Below, piece after piece: positions 51,184-63,848 of a stretch of DNA of 64,000 nt (positions are counted from its first letter, which is position 1; every line of letters starts with the position of its first letter). The stretch is taken from positions 6,621,182 through 6,685,181 of the forward strand of contig NC_069005.1 in the NCBI RefSeq assembly GCF_001194135.2. The letters are read 5' to 3'. Source of the stretch: Octopus bimaculoides (Eukaryota). The position numbers and the translations under genes are program-made. Under the pieces are notes generated by a model, which did no database searches, was not told the DNA's origin, and worked only from the letters and a program-made list of their open reading frames with translations.

Positions 51184-54100
51184 CAAAATAAAGAGTAGAT
51201 AGACAGCTGGCAACTGATGAAGGGTCGTTCTCTGTTATTTGTCCTGCTTCCCATTTTTTGGGCAAGTGTCTTCTACTATACCCTGGGCCCACCAAAGCCT
51301 TGTGAGTGGATTTGGTTGACAGAAACTGAAAGAAGCCCATTATATATATGTATATGCATGTGTATATATATACACACATATATGTGTCTGTGTGGTGGTG
51401 GTGGTGGTGGTGGTGGTGGGGGTGCTATCTCTGCCTGGAATTTGAACTGCTTCCAAGGGGCTCCTTTTTCTCTTTTGCTCTGGATGAACTCTCTGTAGAC
51501 TATGGCCTTTAGCATTCTTCATTTTTCCACGTGTGACATGGTTTGCATATCTGAACTGTCTGAGCAGCAACATGGGTTCAGTACCTGATGTGTTGATTTG
51601 CCAGAGGACTTCATTGTTGGTGATGTGTTCCATCCATGAAATATCCATGACAGATTGAAGTCATTGCTGGTGGAACCATTCCAGTGGCCTATACGACACC
51701 CAAATTTCTGACTCCTTAAACAAGAATAGTGATAACTGCTTTGTAAATTTTGCACTAATCATACATTCACTCTTGCACCTGCCCCTTGATCACTAATTGA
51801 TGTAACATGATGTTACTACGAAATGAAGGTGAAGGTCACTCGTTCATTCTAACAACTGTACAATTATGACTAAACGATGTAATATGCTGCTGTTATTACT
51901 AGGCTGAAGGTGAAGGTCATCCATACACAGCCCTGCATGCCGCGCTAGCTGGTTGGTGTATTGTTTTAGCTTTTTAACATTTAAACAGGCCATATGTGGC
52001 TCAACCATTTTACATATTTTACGTTAAAACTGGTCAGATCTGGCCACTCACACCCACCCTACAATATCATTTTAATAAAAATAATTGAAATCTCAAAACT
52101 ATTAAATACTGCATGATTAATTCAAAACTTTGAATAAATAAGGATTATATTTAACAGAGTAATCTGAACCCATTAATGAATGTAGTTTGATTTATCATTC
52201 TGCAATTTATTACAACTAATTAGAACCAATTAAATGTTTAGCATTTAAACTGCCCATATCCAGCCAAATGTCTTGATTGTGTGACTGTTAAGAAGTCCAT
52301 CAAACATCCTTCCAAAGTTTCTACAGTGATGATTATCTCCTCTCTGTATTTTTTCTTCTCTAGTGTAACCTGGAACTTATAGAGATAGCAGAACCGTTTG
52401 ACCGTGGCACCGCTTATGGCAGAATCGCCTTTGCTGTACCACGGCAAGAGGTAAGTCTTGTTGGTATTTCCTTTCTGTTATAATCCCAACCCTGTTGAAA
52501 GAAGTTCTTGGTCATATCTAAATGTTGAAGATGAGTTACTGTTGATCAGCCATGGGTGACCTGCAGCCCACGGGACGTTCTGAATCATCCTTTAACGTCT
52601 GCCTTCCCTGCTGGCATGGGTTGGATGGTTTACAGGAGCTGACCAGGGAGAAGCTTGCACCAGACTTCTGTGTCTGTTTTGGCATGGTTTTTACAGCTGG
52701 ATGCCCCCTTCCTAACACCAACCACCCCCACAGAGTGGACTGGGTGCTTTTTACATGGCACCAGCACAGGTGAGGTCAGTTTTGGCATGGTGTTCTACAG
52801 CTGGATGCCCTTCTAAATGCCAACCAGTGTGGATGGCACCACCATGGGTAGGGTCACCAAGTAACTTGCAAGACAAGGAATTGTGAGAGGGGAGGGGGCA
52901 TTGGAAGAGGGGATCTTGTGTCAAATGACGAAAGGTTCAAGTGTGACTGAGAGACAGAAACAGGTGTCTTGCTATAAAGGTGGAACATGGTTACCTGACC
53001 GAGAGAGGGAGAGAGTGGTAACGAGAAAGACACCTAATAAAAAAAATAACCTTGAATTTTTTGTAATAGTGCTGCACACCTGATGAAGAGCCATGTCTAA
53101 TGCAATCTGTTTCTCGAGAAAGTTTGCTCGTGTGTTGTAGATTCATTAATTCGTTCACCAAGACACGTGTCATCTCCAGCCAGGGGGACAGCCTTGCCAC
53201 CCCTGTCTCTTGACTCCTTCCAGTACCGTCCATTTGTTAATGGTCTCTGGTCTGTGAATTTTCTTTACTTGCTTATTTGAGGTGGCTGGACGGGAAAGAA
53301 ATACAAGACGCTCGAGGGTGGAGGCTGTGGTGGATAGGTGTGGGCATTGAGGGTGATAGCAGATAAGTCAGGTGTTAACGACGGAGACACACACGATGGG
53401 CTTCTTTCAATTTCCTCCTACAAAATCCACTCATAGGGCTACAGTAGAACACATTTGCCCAAGGTGCCATGCAGTGAGATTGAACCCAAGAAAACATTGT
53501 TGAGAAGCAAGCTTCTCAATCACATAACCATACCTGTACCTATTGTTTTATTTTGATTGTTTTCTTTCTATTGTTCAGCTTTCAATCATTCAAAGAACTT
53601 TGGAGGAGGAACACGAAACTATCCTTACTCCTCTATTGGCGCTAGACACTCCTGGGAAAGCCACTGTGGAAGTTGTTATTTGTGCTGATCCTGTAAGTAA
53701 TCTTGCTTAAAATAATATTTTTTTTTTACATGACCCCTGCAGGCGTTCCATTCCCTTCTTAGAGCTTAGATGGCAGCAAGTTGGTGGCAGTCATTAGAGC
53801 ATCGGATATAATGCTTTGCAATATTCCTTCTGCATGAGAGTGGGGGTGTTTCCTATTCATATATATATATAATGCAAAATCTGAAACGTATTTAATGCTT
53901 TCAAAACAAGCACAAACTAGGCCTGTCCTGACTTCATTTATGTGGATCCTCTAACAAGGACTTAGGGCAGTTTGTTCTATTTGGCTCATGTTGAAAATTC
54001 TGGTACTGTGCATTACTTCTAAGCAAAACACTATATTCTCTTTTCCTCTCGTTGCTCACCTATTCTTCTACTTCCTCCCTTTACCACTCTCTCTCTTCCC

Positions 54101-54970
54101 TTTACACCGGCATGGTCACATGCTTCCGGTCAATAATCCTTTTCTTCCTTGGCTATCGCCGAGCAAACGCACAAACTACTTCGTCCCTTTCAAGTTCGTG
54201 CTTCACAGCGTTCATACACACATAATTTTTCTCGTCTGGCCGTAAAGCCTTTTCTGTTTGTTTTCCTGTCTTGTTTTTTGTCCGCCACTACATTCCTCCA
54301 TGGCTCGATTTAATTTGCGTATACAAATTTAATCTGCGGTCCATGGGATGAGCCGTTTTAACGATGCGTCCTGCCCGAAGCTCGTCGAAACGCCGGTGTT
54401 AAAACGTGGGTAGCTGATGAAGTAGAATGTTCTCTATGTGGCTCGTGTGTTTTCTCGTTTACGTTTGTTTGCAATGTCCTGTACCCAGATATGCACCTAT
54501 ACATACAGGTGGATGTCAGTATGCACATACCTGTACGTATATATGCATATACTCATTTACTATTTGTTTTTATATATATATGTATATATATTCTTTTGTT
54601 TCAGTCATTAGACTGAGGCCATGTTGGGGCACCACCTAGAAAAATTTTTTATCAAATGTACTGACTCCAGTACTCGTCTTTTTTTAAAGACTAGTACTTA
54701 CTCTATCAGTCCGTTTTGCTGAACTGCTAAGTTATGGGGGACATAACACACCAGCACCGGTTGTCAAACAGTGGCAGGGAGACAAACATAGACACAAAGA
54801 CAATCGCTGACCAACTACACTTATATATTTTTTTTCTCTCCTTGTTTCTTTCTGTTGAAGAGCGTAGGCTCGAAACGTTAAAGACTTTCTCTATTCCCGA
54901 GCGTTATACTAATACATCCATTTGTTGTCTACACCACCTGTGTTCGTCTGTTGTTTTTTCGTGAATTCTA

Positions 54971-55029
<59 letters not shown>

Positions 55030-56992
55030 TATACATGTATACGATGGGCTTCTTTCAGTTTCTATCTACCAAATCCACTCACAAGGCTTTGGTGGGCCCA
55101 GGGTATAGTAGAAGACACCTGTCCAAAGTACCATGTGGATGGGAAGCAAGCGTCTTACCACACAGCCATGCCTATCCATTCTCTACCATATGCTGAACCA
55201 GCATGGCAGAGTAGGCTTCGCAAACCAGTTTGACCTCAAGCTCAAATTCAAAGCCTCCGCATCAGACCATGGTTGATGGAGAGAACATGCTGAGGCCTTC
55301 ATCCTGCAGTGGACTGAACATGGGCAATTCAAGCCAATGTACACACAGGCACACTTAAATAGACGGATAAATATATAGTTCAATACTTCAGTTACAAACT
55401 CTTTTCCTACTAAAAAGGAATTAAGAAATGTGGCAATGGGCCTAACCTGAAGAAATCCTTATTTGAAGTAGTCTTGAAGGGCTGAGATGAATTCCTTTTG
55501 TGAGAAATGGTTTATGTTTTCTTGTACTTTGTGTTGCAGGACCATCATGAAATCTGTTTTGTTGGAGATGAAGCATTTAAGGAGCTCTCAAGAATAGACA
55601 CCAATGCTCCTTCTCTCCTGGCCAAGGTAAGCAAATTGGACAATTTGTTCTGCTCTAGTCATTGTTACCGAATGAAAGATTCGCAGGCGCAGGCTGTGTG
55701 GTAAGTAGCCACAGACACAGGAGTAGCTGTGTGGTAAGTAGCTTGCTTACCAACCACTGTGTGGCACCTTGGGCAAGTGTCTTCAACTATAGCCTCAGGC
55801 CGACCAAAGCCTTGTGAGTGGATTTGGTAGACGGAAACTGAAAGAAGCCCATCGTATATATGTATATTTGTGTGTTTGTTCCCCCAACATCGCTTGACAA
55901 CCGATGCTGGTGTGTTTATGTCCCTGTAACTTAGCGGTTCAGCAAAATAAACCGATAGAATAAGTACTGGGCTTACAAAGAATAAGTCCCAGGGTCGATT
56001 TGCTCGACTAAAGGCGGTGCTCCAGCATGGCCACAGTCAAATGACTGAAACAAGTAAAAGAGTATATCACTGTCGTTGTTCAATACTCACTCTTTGACGC
56101 TCGCATGGGGTGAATGGAGTTTGTTGAGGCAGAATTTTTACAGTTGGGTGCTCTTCCTGTCACCAAATTATGAAATTGTTTCCAAGCAGGGTAAGTACTT
56201 CCTCATAGTAGGACATGTTCTCATGGAAGACTGGAGGCAGGCACTATTTGCATGTGAACGTTTGTTTATGTATGTGCCTCTCTGTCTTGATAATGTGTGA
56301 TTCTTATAAATGAAGGTCATTCATTTCTGGTATTTTGTTAAGTTTGGGCTAGCAGGGAAATATCACCCCCTGGCCACATAGAAAGCCTGCTTCAATAAAC
56401 TCCATCTGACCCATGTTAGTTAGTTGGCATTCCTTTGCTTACGACGTCGAGGGTTCCAGCTGATCCGACCAACGGAACAGCCTGCTCGTGAAATTAACGT
56501 GCAAGTGGCTGAGCACTCCACAGACACGTGTACCCTTAATATAGTTCTCGGGGATATTCAGCGTGACACAGCGTGACAAGGCTGACCCTTTGAATTACAG
56601 GCACAACAGAAACAGGAAGTAAGAGTGAGAGAAAGTTGTGGTGGAAGAGTACAGCAGGGTTCGCCACCATCCCCTGCCGGAGCCTCGTGGAGCTTTTAGG
56701 TGTTTTCGCTCAATAAACACTCACAACGCCCGGTCTGGGAATCGAAACTGCGATCCTATGACCGTGAGTCCGCTACCCTAACCAGAGGGCCATTGCGCCT
56801 CCACCTGACCCATGTAAACGTGGAAAAAATGAATGCTAAAACGATGTTGACAGTATGTGTGTGGCATATGCATGTGTCCGTATACATGTGTATAACATTT
56901 CTGATTTCCTCTCATTCTTTCTGCAGGCAATAGAAGGAGATAAAAGTGAAGAATGGTTTGAAAAGAAAGGACAAAGTAAGTTCGAAGGCTAA
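38186..56992 (+). CDS. GLOD4: Glyoxalase domain-containing protein 4, 312 aa
   Basis: join(38186..38329,44722..44771,46542..46662,48547..48685,49101..49151,50834..50913,52364..52450,53579..53692,55540..55626,56927..56992) = 939 nt, GT-AG. Motifs [91 protein letters not shown]. Confidence 0.95.
39690..39975 (-). mobile_element. Penelope-like element GIY-YIG endonuclease C-terminal fragment
   Basis: [62 protein letters not shown] resembles PLE endonuclease ends (R..EH...AIA.H.W....W..V.II..E...RK..EA). Confidence 0.65.
40420..41280 (+). repeat. Five-unit ~150-bp tandem array derived from an RTE (Rex3/Expander-like) LINE C-terminus
   Basis: Units start near 40494, 40652, 40793, 40946 and 41099. 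Unit 4 reads [44 protein letters not shown]. The array ends in a GATG-GATG-GATGG tail. Confidence 0.8.
41754..42540. mobile_element. Tandem pair of the TTAA MITE; second copy interrupted by a SINE (42072-42430)
   Basis: taaccctttagcattcaga ... then aaacccattagcattcag ... ctaaagggttaa. Confidence 0.7.
42072..42430 (-). mobile_element. SINE family A
   Basis: Homologous; inserted in a MITE. Confidence 0.85.
44046..44268. mobile_element. Mariner-derived MITE, copy 1
   Basis: TIR-like ends tatgagggggtgtttaaaagttcctggc / ccaagaacttttcag; the interior is the reverse complement of a mariner ORF 3' end. Confidence 0.7.
44394..44613. mobile_element. Mariner-derived MITE, copy 2
   Basis: gagggtgctgaaaagtccctggcttt ... 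aaagccaggaacttttcagcctccacctc inverted termini; similar to copy 1 and separated from it by (CA)n. Confidence 0.75.
46765..47135 (-). mobile_element. SINE family A
   Basis: Homologous to 13292-13706. Confidence 0.85.
47295..47545 (+). mobile_element. tRNA-derived CORE-type SINE family D
   Basis: tggcttagtggttagggtgttggactc...cttgagcaaaacactt...ttgctccagtccactcagct. The same 5' module occurs at 8005, 10405, 17270-17630(-), 19430-19695(-), 23600 and 45762. Confidence 0.75.
47990..48190. repeat. Degenerate ~21-bp minisatellite
   Basis: About 9 units related to ctggtggtactttatctgtt. Confidence 0.6.
49900..50582 (+). mobile_element. 5'-truncated RTE-clade LINE with (GAT)n tail and AAACA TSD, inserted in a SINE
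   Basis: [10 protein letters not shown]...[23 protein letters not shown]...[17 protein letters not shown], then a gap, then the 3' UTR ending aaatgatgataatgatgatgatg. AAACA at 49895-49899 and 50583-50587. Confidence 0.85.
51420..51750 (-). mobile_element. Degraded RTE-clade RT C-terminal fragment
   Basis: [19 protein letters not shown]...[11 protein letters not shown]...[12 protein letters not shown] resembles the RTE RT tail. Confidence 0.6.
54590..55175 (-). mobile_element. SINE family A with an extra ~170-bp insert beside the internal microsatellite
   Basis: Two halves homologous to family A flank 54800-55035. Confidence 0.7.
55681..56064 (+). mobile_element. SINE family A with a duplicated head
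   Basis: ggctgtgtggtaagtagc occurs twice at the 5' end; tail gaaacaagtaaaagagta. Confidence 0.85.
56425..56805 (-). mobile_element. SINE family B
   Basis: Reverse complement of 12228-12610. Confidence 0.85.
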
Positions 56993-58964
56993 GAGAACAA
57001 ACTGAAGACTGACTGAAGTTTTTTTTTTTGTTTACATGAAGTATTTGTAACAGGACACAATTGATTAATTTTTATTATTATCATCCATTTGGGTTTGATG
57101 TAACTGACTGATCCCATTTCATAAACATGGAAGGCGTGAACAGTCAGCTACACAATCAAGCCTACTTATAATATTTTCTTGTGTAGGTAGAAGACCCCAA
57201 ATTTGGGAGGGATGTTTCATTATATTGACCCCAGAAAGATGAAAAAAAAGCAAAGTAGATCTCAGTTATGTCCCTTTACGTTCTTCAAACCCAGCTGGTG
57301 GTTGACTAGGATCTAATCAAAATTACTAGCCTTGTGTCTAAATTAGAAATTATTATTATTATTATTATTATTATTATGGCAGCAGCAAGCTGGCAGAATT
57401 GTTAGCATGGTGGGCAAAATGCTCAGCAAGCATTTCATCGTCCTTTATATTCCGAGTTCAAATTCTGCAAAGGTCCATTTTTGCCTTTTGTCCTTTTGGG
57501 GTTGATAAAATAAGTACCAGTTGAGCATTGGGGGTTGATGCAATTGACTTAGCTCCCCACTAAAATGCTGGCTTTGAGCCAAAATTTGAAATCAATAATT
57601 GTTATTATTGAGGTTTAAGGTGGTGAGCTGGCAGAATCGTTAGCAGGCCAGGCAAAATGCTCAGCTGCATTTCACCCATCTTTACGTTCTGAGTTCAAAT
57701 CCCACTGAGGTTAACTTTGCCTTTCATCCCTTCAGGGGTCAATAAAATGAGTACCAGTTAAACACGGGGAGGGGGGGTGTCAGTGTAATCAACTAGCCAT
57801 TCCCTTCTATCCCCCCACAAAAATTTCAGTCCTTCTGCCCATAGTAAAAAGAATTATTATTATAGCAGAATCAGTTGATTGACAAACTAATTTGCAAATT
57901 TTTTTTTGTAACTTTTGAATTTAATTCATTTTAAGGCACACCTGTCGTCCATGTTAATATTTTGTGAAGGGGTTTGGCAAAAAAAAAAAAAAAAAAAAAA
58001 GGACTAAGCCATCTTGCATTTGAGATTGAAGAGATTTTTTTTTTAAATTTGAATAAAGTTTTTGGGTAGGATAAACATTTTTAATTATTTTTATATATAC
58101 TCAACATTTTTTTTTTTAAGGGTAAAGGATATGTGTGCTTTAAAAAGGGAAAATCTATATGAAACTAAAAGAAACCAAATTTTTATTTTATTCTATGGAA
58201 CTTTCAAAACAAATTTCTCATTTTGGGGAGGTTGAGATAGAGGTAAAGAAGGATTCCTTTCACCATAACATAGAAAATAGTGGCCACTTTCTCCCAACCA
58301 AGAAACCCTTGACATAAAACGACAGTTTTGTCTTGTGTATCACGTTATGTTTCTCTCTCATCTATGTATTATATACGAAACACATCCCCCTTTTTTTTTT
58401 TTTTAAACAATTAGAGTAACTTGGGTCTTACGGAAATTTTATATCCCTCAGAATGTATGAAACAAGGTCCAATTAAAAGTCTGAAAAACAAGCATGGATG
58501 TTTAAAACAAATTCATGAAAATGCTTTAGACAAGCAAAGAATTACAGGGAACCCCCTTTGCCTGTCCCCTGTATCACATGATACACAGAAAATATTTCCC
58601 CAGCCTCCATACATCATATATATTGATACACATTCCTAATTTCAGAGTAACTTGGGACATATGAAAGGAAAGCATATATTTAACTCAGAACCTATGAAAC
58701 AAGGGCATGGATGTTTGGGGCAAACTTATGAAAATGCTTTGGAGACAAAGAGTTAAATATCTGATTTTAGGGTCCTGGGCTTAGCTCTATCCAGTCAACA
58801 AGACTCTGATTTACAAAAGAATTGTAAGAAATAGTGGAACACTTCTTTTTGTTTTTTTTTCAATAATACAATTTAATATAATGTATGGTGGTATTATGGT
58901 AGGGAAAAAAATACATAGATTTTATTTTTGTATTTCAATAAATGCTGTCTCAACTGAATCACTG

Positions 58965-61900
58965 TCAATTCTCACTTATCTTCTCCAACTCATCGACGTC
59001 ATTAGCATCAAGTTTCAAGATTGTTCGTGCTGTGAAATTAGAAAACATTATTTCGTGTCAATTAATTAACAAGGGGAGAGAGAGCAAGTCGATAATTACT
59101 GAAAAATGCATTGATTAATAACAGGCGAGCTAAACCATACAAAGACCAATAATCTCCTTCTCCTGCACTTCCTTCAGGTTGGGTAACCATGTATCTCCTT
59201 TGCAGCAACACACCTGTTTCTGTCCTCATTTCTGATCTCTCTCTCTCTCTGGCCAGGGTAACCTTGTTCCTCATCTACAGCAAGACACCTGTTTCTGTCT
59301 CACTATAACTTTTCATCATCTACTTTTGCCAATGCTACCTCCCCCTCTCAGACTTTTGTCTTGCAGGTTACTTGGTGACCCTGTCAGTGTAGGTGCCACT
59401 TAGAAAGCATCCAGTCCACACTGTAAAGTGATTGGCATTTGGAAGGGCATCCAGCTGTAAAAACCCTTGCCAGTGCTTGTGCCATGTAAAAAGCACTAAG
59501 TCCACTCTGCTGAGTGGTTGGTGTTAGGAAGGGCATCCAGCTGTAAAAATCCTGCCAAAACAGTTACAGAAGTCTGGTGCAGGCTTCTGCCTGGCCAACT
59601 CCTGTCAAACCATCCCACCCATGCCAGCATGGAAGGCAGATGTTAAGCAATAATGATGATGTAGTCATCTGGCTTGCTCCATATAACAAAAACCAAAGCA
59701 CACACTACTGTCTTTACACACTTTAAGTATTCACACTGGTCATATTCTATCAACATCATCATCTGTCTGTTTCATATTCAAACCAGCAGTTATGACAGTA
59801 CAGAGGATGAATCTTGTGATATACTAGAAATAGCAGCCAAACTTCCTTCAAATCACACCCTGCTATACTTAAAACAAACATGGATAGGTTGTGTGTGTGT
59901 GTGGTTAAGAAGTTCACTTCCCAACCACATGATTTACAACTATCACACAACATCAAGACAGAGACACAAACACAGACAACGTCAAGACAAAGAGACACAA
60001 ACACACACAACACCTACATATATCTTTTGTGTTATGCTTTGAAGCAATGCACAATACCAGAATTTTTGACTTGAATCACATACAACAAACTACTCCAAAC
60101 CCATATCACAATATCTTTTCACTTCCTCGTCACTGGACTATCATCTCTTCGGCCCCATGAAAGAGTGTTTGAGAGGCAAACATTATTCCAGTGACGAGGA
60201 AGTGAATACTGTAGTGAAGAAGTGGCTCAAAGGACAGCCAACAGAATTTTACGGGGGCAGGGATACATGGGGCAAGGGTACATGGTCTTATTTGAAGGTA
60301 GAACATTGCTATTGAGAGAAACGGTGACTATGTTGAGAAGTAGGGATGTGATTCACAGAGGACCAGCTTCATTTTGATGTATGATACATGTTCCTGTGTT
60401 GGTAATTATACTGGTCCTAAACAAAATAGCATTGCTTTTTGACTCCCCCTCGTACATATACACACAAACACATGCTTGGCAGCAATGATTTTGTTTCGTG
60501 TTTCCTGTAAATGCACATTCTACTCACTAGTTCGACAAGTGATGATGGTGGATGATAAAGTAACAAAGGCTGACATCAAGAAGGGCATCTGGTTGCAGAA
60601 GAATGCCTTAGGAAGCAGCTTCAACCAACTGAAGCAACCAATGGAAAATGTGGCCATCATAATCGATGATGATTTCTCAGATCCATTTATTTTCACCCTT
60701 CCAAAACCAATAAATTAAGTGCAATTCTACAAGTCTCCTGCCCTTGATATAATCTAGTTTTAAAACAGCGTGGCCCTTGTGCTGTTAGGAGAAAAAGCAA
60801 TAAAATAAACACTGTAATAAAATTTTTTCATCTTTTTCTCTCTGGTTAGTTAGTAAATATTTCCTATTTGCTTCTATCTAGAAATCAAAGGAAATGACTA
60901 CTATTCCCTTCAAACTTTGCTTCTGTGACCTAGATATCTATGTTTTGAAACTGACCTATTTTCCATAACATTTCAGATAGATTCAGCACTGAAATATCGT
61001 TGAAGCAAATATTCTGTTCAATAGCACAGATTTGCTTGTCAGTTGCTTAACCCGTAACCACTTGAGCATGTTCCTTAGTGGCTGATGTTATGTGCATCCC
61101 TGATCATGAGCAGGAGTAGTGGGGGAACATCATAGCCATGTGTTGAAGAGAGGGATTCTTTGGGGTTTGAATAAATGGAACAAAACAAAATTTGAAGGAA
61201 ATATTAGCCATTTTCCATACTTTCTTGGGGTCAGCAAATAGGAAAGAACAGTTGCTACCCAAAGACAAAAATTATGTTATACAATGGTCATAGAGTGAAG
61301 AAAAGGAAGAACTTACCAAAATGTCTCTCTATTTCATGAAGGATGTTCAAGGTATTTCTGCTGACCATGTTCAGGGCAATGCCATCCTTGCCAAACCTTC
61401 CAGTACGCCCAATACGGTGAAGGTAAGTTTCAAAATCTGGTTTACCATCTTGCAAAGTTGGCAGATCAAAGTTAACAACCATAGTTACTTGGGCAACATC
61501 AATTCCTGAAAATGGTTTTCAGGTGTTGTGGGTGGCAAGGAGAGAAAAACGAAGAAATAAAGAAGGAAAAGAATGATTTTGAAGGAGAGAAAAACGAAGA
61601 AATAAAGAAGGAAAAGAATGTCTTTGAAGGAGAGAAATAAAGAAGGAAAAGAATGATTTTGAAGTTGTCTTTGAAGGAGAGAAAAACGAAGAAATAAAGA
61701 AGGAATATAGTCAAGAAATCTTATTGCATGTCTTTAACCTATTGACTAGTACTATGCCAACACATTTCAACGAAACCATGTCAGTGACTAGTTATAGAGG
61801 ACAAAACTTCTTGATACAAAATAAAAATTATATTAGTTATTATAGTTTAATCTGATTAACTCTTTTGTTACCATATTTCTGTTGAAATACATTACGTTTG

Positions 61901-63848
61901 TTTTAATTTGTTTTCAAAATAATGAAGAATTTAGTCAAATAACTGTCAACATTAACCCTTTTGTTATTGTATTTCTGTTGAAACACACAGACTTTGTTCC
62001 AATTAATTTTGAAATTAATGAAGAATTTAGCAAAATAACTTTGCTGTTAATAAACTGGTGTTTGGAACATAAATTAGCAAGAAATTGAGATGAGAGGTTT
62101 TAATTTGTCTGACTTTAAAACCGGAAGTTTGTTTAACAGAACCAAGGGCGATCTTGAGCGGGTTGGTATCATTAGTTCCATTAGATTTTGAATAACAAAG
62201 TTCGAACATGAATTCTCTGTGTCTGTCCATTTGTCTGCGACAACAAATTTTCAATACCACAAAGATTGGTAGTAGCAGAAACGGTTTTTGCATCCAATAA
62301 ACTAAAAGTGAGCCCAGCGCTACAACGGATATGAATAAAGAAACTAAGAAACGGTAAAAAAACAGATGTGAAAACGGTAGAATTAAAAAGACTGATCTTA
62401 CCTCGGGCAGCAACATTTGTTGTAATCAGGACTTTCTCGTTGCCTTCTCTGAAACGTCGGATGATGTCAGCTCTCTGATGGATTGGCAACTCTCCGCTTA
62501 GCAAGCCAACAGCGTGGCCATCACGACTCATCTTTTCAGATAACCAAGAGGCAGATTTTCTAGTCTGTAAAAAGAAGCAAAAGGTCACTCAATGAGGAGA
62601 TGACAAGGGACTGGTCCCTGTGAGAAAGCATGTCAAACTAATTAAAATAGCAGCCATCCATACATACAGGCATGTCCTTTACGGCCGTTTCCCCAATCCC
62701 TCTTCCAACTGAGAGGCCACGTAAAATGCACTTATACCAGTGCCATGTTACTACACCTGTGTCTGCAGCACATATAAAGCACCCAGCGCACTCAGTAAAG
62801 TGGTTAGTATTAATAAGGGCATCCGGCTGTAGAAACTATACCAAATCAGACAACTGGAGCCTGGACAGCTCTCCAGCTCCTGTCAAACCGTCCAACCCAT
62901 GCCAGCATGGAAAACAGACGTTAAGTGATGACGACGACAATGATGATGATAGTATATATTTCTTTATTGCCCACAGGGGGCTAAACATAGAGAGGACAAA
63001 CAAAGGGATTAAGACTATTACATCGACCCCAGTGCGTAACTGGTACTTTTTTTTTAATCAACCCCGAAAGGATGAAAGGCAAAGTCGACCTCAGCGGAAT
63101 TTGAACTCAGAATGTAACGGCAGACGAAATATCGCTAAGCATTTCACCCAGTGTACTAACGTTTCTGCCAGCTCGCTGCCTTGATGATAATAGTATATTT
63201 ATTAACTTCATCATCATTTTAACATCCACTTTCCCATACTTGCATGGGTTGGATGAAGTTTATATTATGTCAGATCTTCTACACCCAGATGCCCTTCTTG
63301 TCACCAACTTCAACTGTTTCCAGGTAAGATAGTATTTCCCCGTGCCCAGATGATATGTTTTTTGCAGAATATTGGAAATGAACGGCACTGGAGAGAAAGG
63401 GACAGTACAGTAATGGTTTAAATGTCTTTGATTAACGACAGGCAGACAGGTAGGTCAGCAGACAATGAACTAGAGGGACAAATGGAAGAAGAAGTGAGAG
63501 AGAAAACATTATACAAATAACATTAAGAAGGCAGGATAGGGAAAAAGGATGATGAGAACCAAGCAGGGTCTGAACAACTAAAAGTCAGTAAGGCTAAGCA
63601 GAACATCACTCACTTTACAGAAAACAACAGCTTGTCCAATGGATATTGAACCGTAGATGTTGGAAAGGGCCTTAAATTTATCATCCTGGCTCTGACATTC
63701 AATGTAATATTGCTTGATATTGTCAAGGGACTCCTCTTCTCGACGCAGCCTGATAGTGACAGGATTTGGGATGATGTCTTGTGCAAATTTCATTACTTCG
63801 GCATCGTATGTGGCAGAGAAAAGTAACATCTGGCATTCTCCTAAATGT
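58965..63848 (-). CDS. DDX19: ATP-dependent DEAD-box RNA helicase DDX19/Dbp5 family, C-terminal four exons (5' part beyond window end)
   Basis: complement(join(63614..63848,62402..62564,61317..61505,58965..59029)). Motifs QMLLFSATY (III), GQAVVFCK (IV), [14 protein letters not shown] (V), [12 protein letters not shown] (VI), C-terminus [21 protein letters not shown] at 58921-58926 on the - strand. Confidence 0.92.
60070..60454 (+). mobile_element. Mariner transposon 3' fragment with right TIR
   Basis: [40 protein letters not shown]...[13 protein letters not shown], ending ctttttgactccccctcg|TA. Confidence 0.85.
61538..61705. repeat. ~45-bp purine-rich tandem repeat (4 units) upstream of a DDX19 acceptor
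   Basis: gaaggagagaaaaacgaagaaataaagaaggaaaagaatgatttt is repeated. Confidence 0.8.

Noticed and set aside
53070-53135. ctgatgaagagc...gctc as a hammerhead
   Set aside because: There is no GAAA after the stem and no stem III or cleavage triplet; it is only noted as a possible decayed relative.
58410-58750. Two-copy ~110-bp local duplication
   Set aside because: It is short and degenerate, with no termini or coding signal that I could interpret.
56993-58964. Possible overlap of convergent GLOD4 and DDX19 3' UTRs
   Set aside because: DDX19 has AATAAA about 40 nt after its stop, and GLOD4 has candidates at 57741 and 58052, so overlap is not indicated by sequence.
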